A DNA stretch of 17,001 nt from Candidatus Methylomirabilota bacterium (GTDB lineage: Bacteria; Methylomirabilota; Methylomirabilia; Rokubacteriales; CSP1-6): NCBI GenBank assembly GCA_046726415.1, contig JBKPAK010000187.1:1-17001 (forward strand), in the 5' to 3' direction. Below the pieces are notes generated by a model. That model made no database searches. It had not been told where the DNA came from and saw nothing but the letters and a program-made list of their open reading frames with translations. Position 1 is the first letter of the stretch. Each line of letters begins with the position of its first letter. Below are positions 15,825 through 17,001 of this stretch, in pieces. The position numbers were made by a program, and so were the translations under genes.

Positions 15825-16589
15825 ATGGCCACCGCGATTGACGATTTCTGCGCGCGAGGACTTCTCGCGGTGCGGGGTGCCCTGGCACCGGACGTCGTGC
15901 GCGCGTGCGTCGACGTCATGGAGGACGAACTGCGCACCCGTGGGGTCGAACCTCGCGATCCGACGACGTGGACCGAGCCCGTCGTGCGCTTTCCGTGCCC
16001 CGAGGGCCCGGCCTTCAGTGCCGCGGGCGCGTCGCCGGCACTCCGGGAAACGTATGACACCCTCCTCGGTATCGGCCGCTGGATTCAGCCAAGCGGAGTT
16101 GGGGGAACCGTTCCGGTCCGGTTCCCCAGCCAGCGGGACCCCGGCGATGCCGGGTGGCACATCGACGGCAGCTACGACGTGGAGGGACGGTGGTGGGTGA
16201 ACGTGGGGAGCCGCAGTCGGGGACTCCTGGCGCTGTTCCTGTTCACCGACGTCGGTGACGATGATGCGCCGACGGAGGTGATCGCGGGATCGCACCTGGA
16301 CGTCCCGCGCGTGCTGGTCGGGTCTGGTGAACGCGGCATGTTCTTCGGCGACGTCGTCGGCCGCCTGCCGGCCTCGACGTTCCGGCGTCCGCGCGTGCGG
16401 GCCATCGGCCGCGCCGGGGACGTATACGTCTGCCATCCGTTTCTCGTCCACCGGGCGACGTGGCCGCATCGCGGTGCGCGGCCGCGCATGGTGGCCCAAC
16501 CGTCGATCCCGACTCGTGAGCCCTTTGCCCTTGGGAACGACACCGACGTGTGCGCGGTCGAGCGGGCGATCCTCCGCGGCCTCCCGTAG
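15825..16589 (+). CDS. Phytanoyl-CoA dioxygenase (PhyH) family Fe(II)/2-oxoglutarate dioxygenase
   Basis: DPTTWTEPVVR, GWHIDGS (HxD), LLALFLFTDVG, GSHLDV, GRAGDVYVCHPFLVH (distal His), PR. ATG at 15825. Confidence 0.85.
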   Translation: MATAIDDFCARGLLAVRGALAPDVVRACVDVMEDELRTRGVEPRDPTTWTEPVVRFPCPEGPAFSAAGASPALRETYDTLLGIGRWIQPSGVGGTVPVRFPSQRDPGDAGWHIDGSYDVEGRWWVNVGSRSRGLLALFLFTDVGDDDAPTEVIAGSHLDVPRVLVGSGERGMFFGDVVGRLPASTFRRPRVRAIGRAGDVYVCHPFLVHRATWPHRGARPRMVAQPSIPTREPFALGNDTDVCAVERAILRGLP

Positions 16590-16978
16590 CGGCGCGACCG
16601 CCGCCCACGCGCAATTCAGCTGGCGGGCACCCAGCTCCGGGGCAGAGCCGAGTGAGTTCCGCGGAGCGATCAGAGGGCAGCCGCGGCGAGCGCGGCGGCG
16701 AAACCCACAGCGCGGCCCATTCCCGCGGCGTGGCCGCAACGGCCGCGACGGCGGCGCAGCAGCCGAGGAGGCTGAGCCAGCCACTCGCCCGCGCTTCCAG
16801 GCCTGCTCGAGCGCCTGGGACTAGGCGATCAGGCCGCCGCCCCTGCCCCTCGCGATGTCCGCCCCGCCAGGTCTCCCTGAGCTCCCCTCTTGGGAAGTCT
16901 CCAGCCCGCCCGGGCCCGGCGCGCCGGCCCGTCTGCCCACCCCTCGCGCTCGGCCCCGTTCGGCTCCCCCACGCCGCG

Positions 16979-16996
16979 ATTCATCAACGGACCCTA
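16979..16996. mobile_element. Possible IS (IS5/IS1182-like) terminal inverted repeat
   Basis: ATTCATCAACGGACCCTA (reverse complement TAGGGTCCGTTGATGAAT) resembles such IS termini from memory. No partner end or transposase in the window. Confidence 0.25.
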
Positions 16997-17001
16997 CTGT
17001 T

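Noticed and set aside
15513..16784. 423-aa minus-strand ORF and the 15501 start for the dioxygenase
   Set aside because: Mostly antisense to the PhyH gene, and dioxygenase homology begins at ATG 15825.
1..17001. CRISPR array, tRNA, rRNA, integrase or intact transposase
   Set aside because: No regularly spaced repeats, RNA gene signatures or recombinase motifs found by eye. A covariance-model search was not possible.

Overview
High-GC bacterial window, possibly Rokubacteria/Methylomirabilota-like; that is an inference from protein style only. Left part (1-9638) is all minus strand: an acetoin dehydrogenase cluster acoXABC, then a DUF4118-PAS-PAS histidine kinase, a stand-alone receiver, an ECF sigma factor, an HdeA-family acid chaperone and a MEDS-domain histidine kinase. 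The MEDS kinase runs off the left edge and is missing from the ORF track. Middle part (about 9860-12400) is rearranged and decaying. It is bounded by a ~128-bp imperfect direct repeat (cupin end plus acyl-CoA dehydrogenase start) and holds an acyl-CoA dehydrogenase pseudogene, an intact RHH/MazF toxin-antitoxin pair with a palindromic operator, a small Os1348/NHLP-clan gene behind a sigma-54-like promoter, and a 5'-truncated cupin. Right part: phased repeats upstream of kdpE, an N-terminally truncated kdpD-like kinase, gene remnants, a PhyH-family dioxygenase and a possible IS end. No rRNA, tRNA or CRISPR array seen. The best candidate for an undescribed system is the two-kinase/receiver/ECF/HdeA module next to an aco operon with no acoR in the window. 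All functional links are hypotheses.
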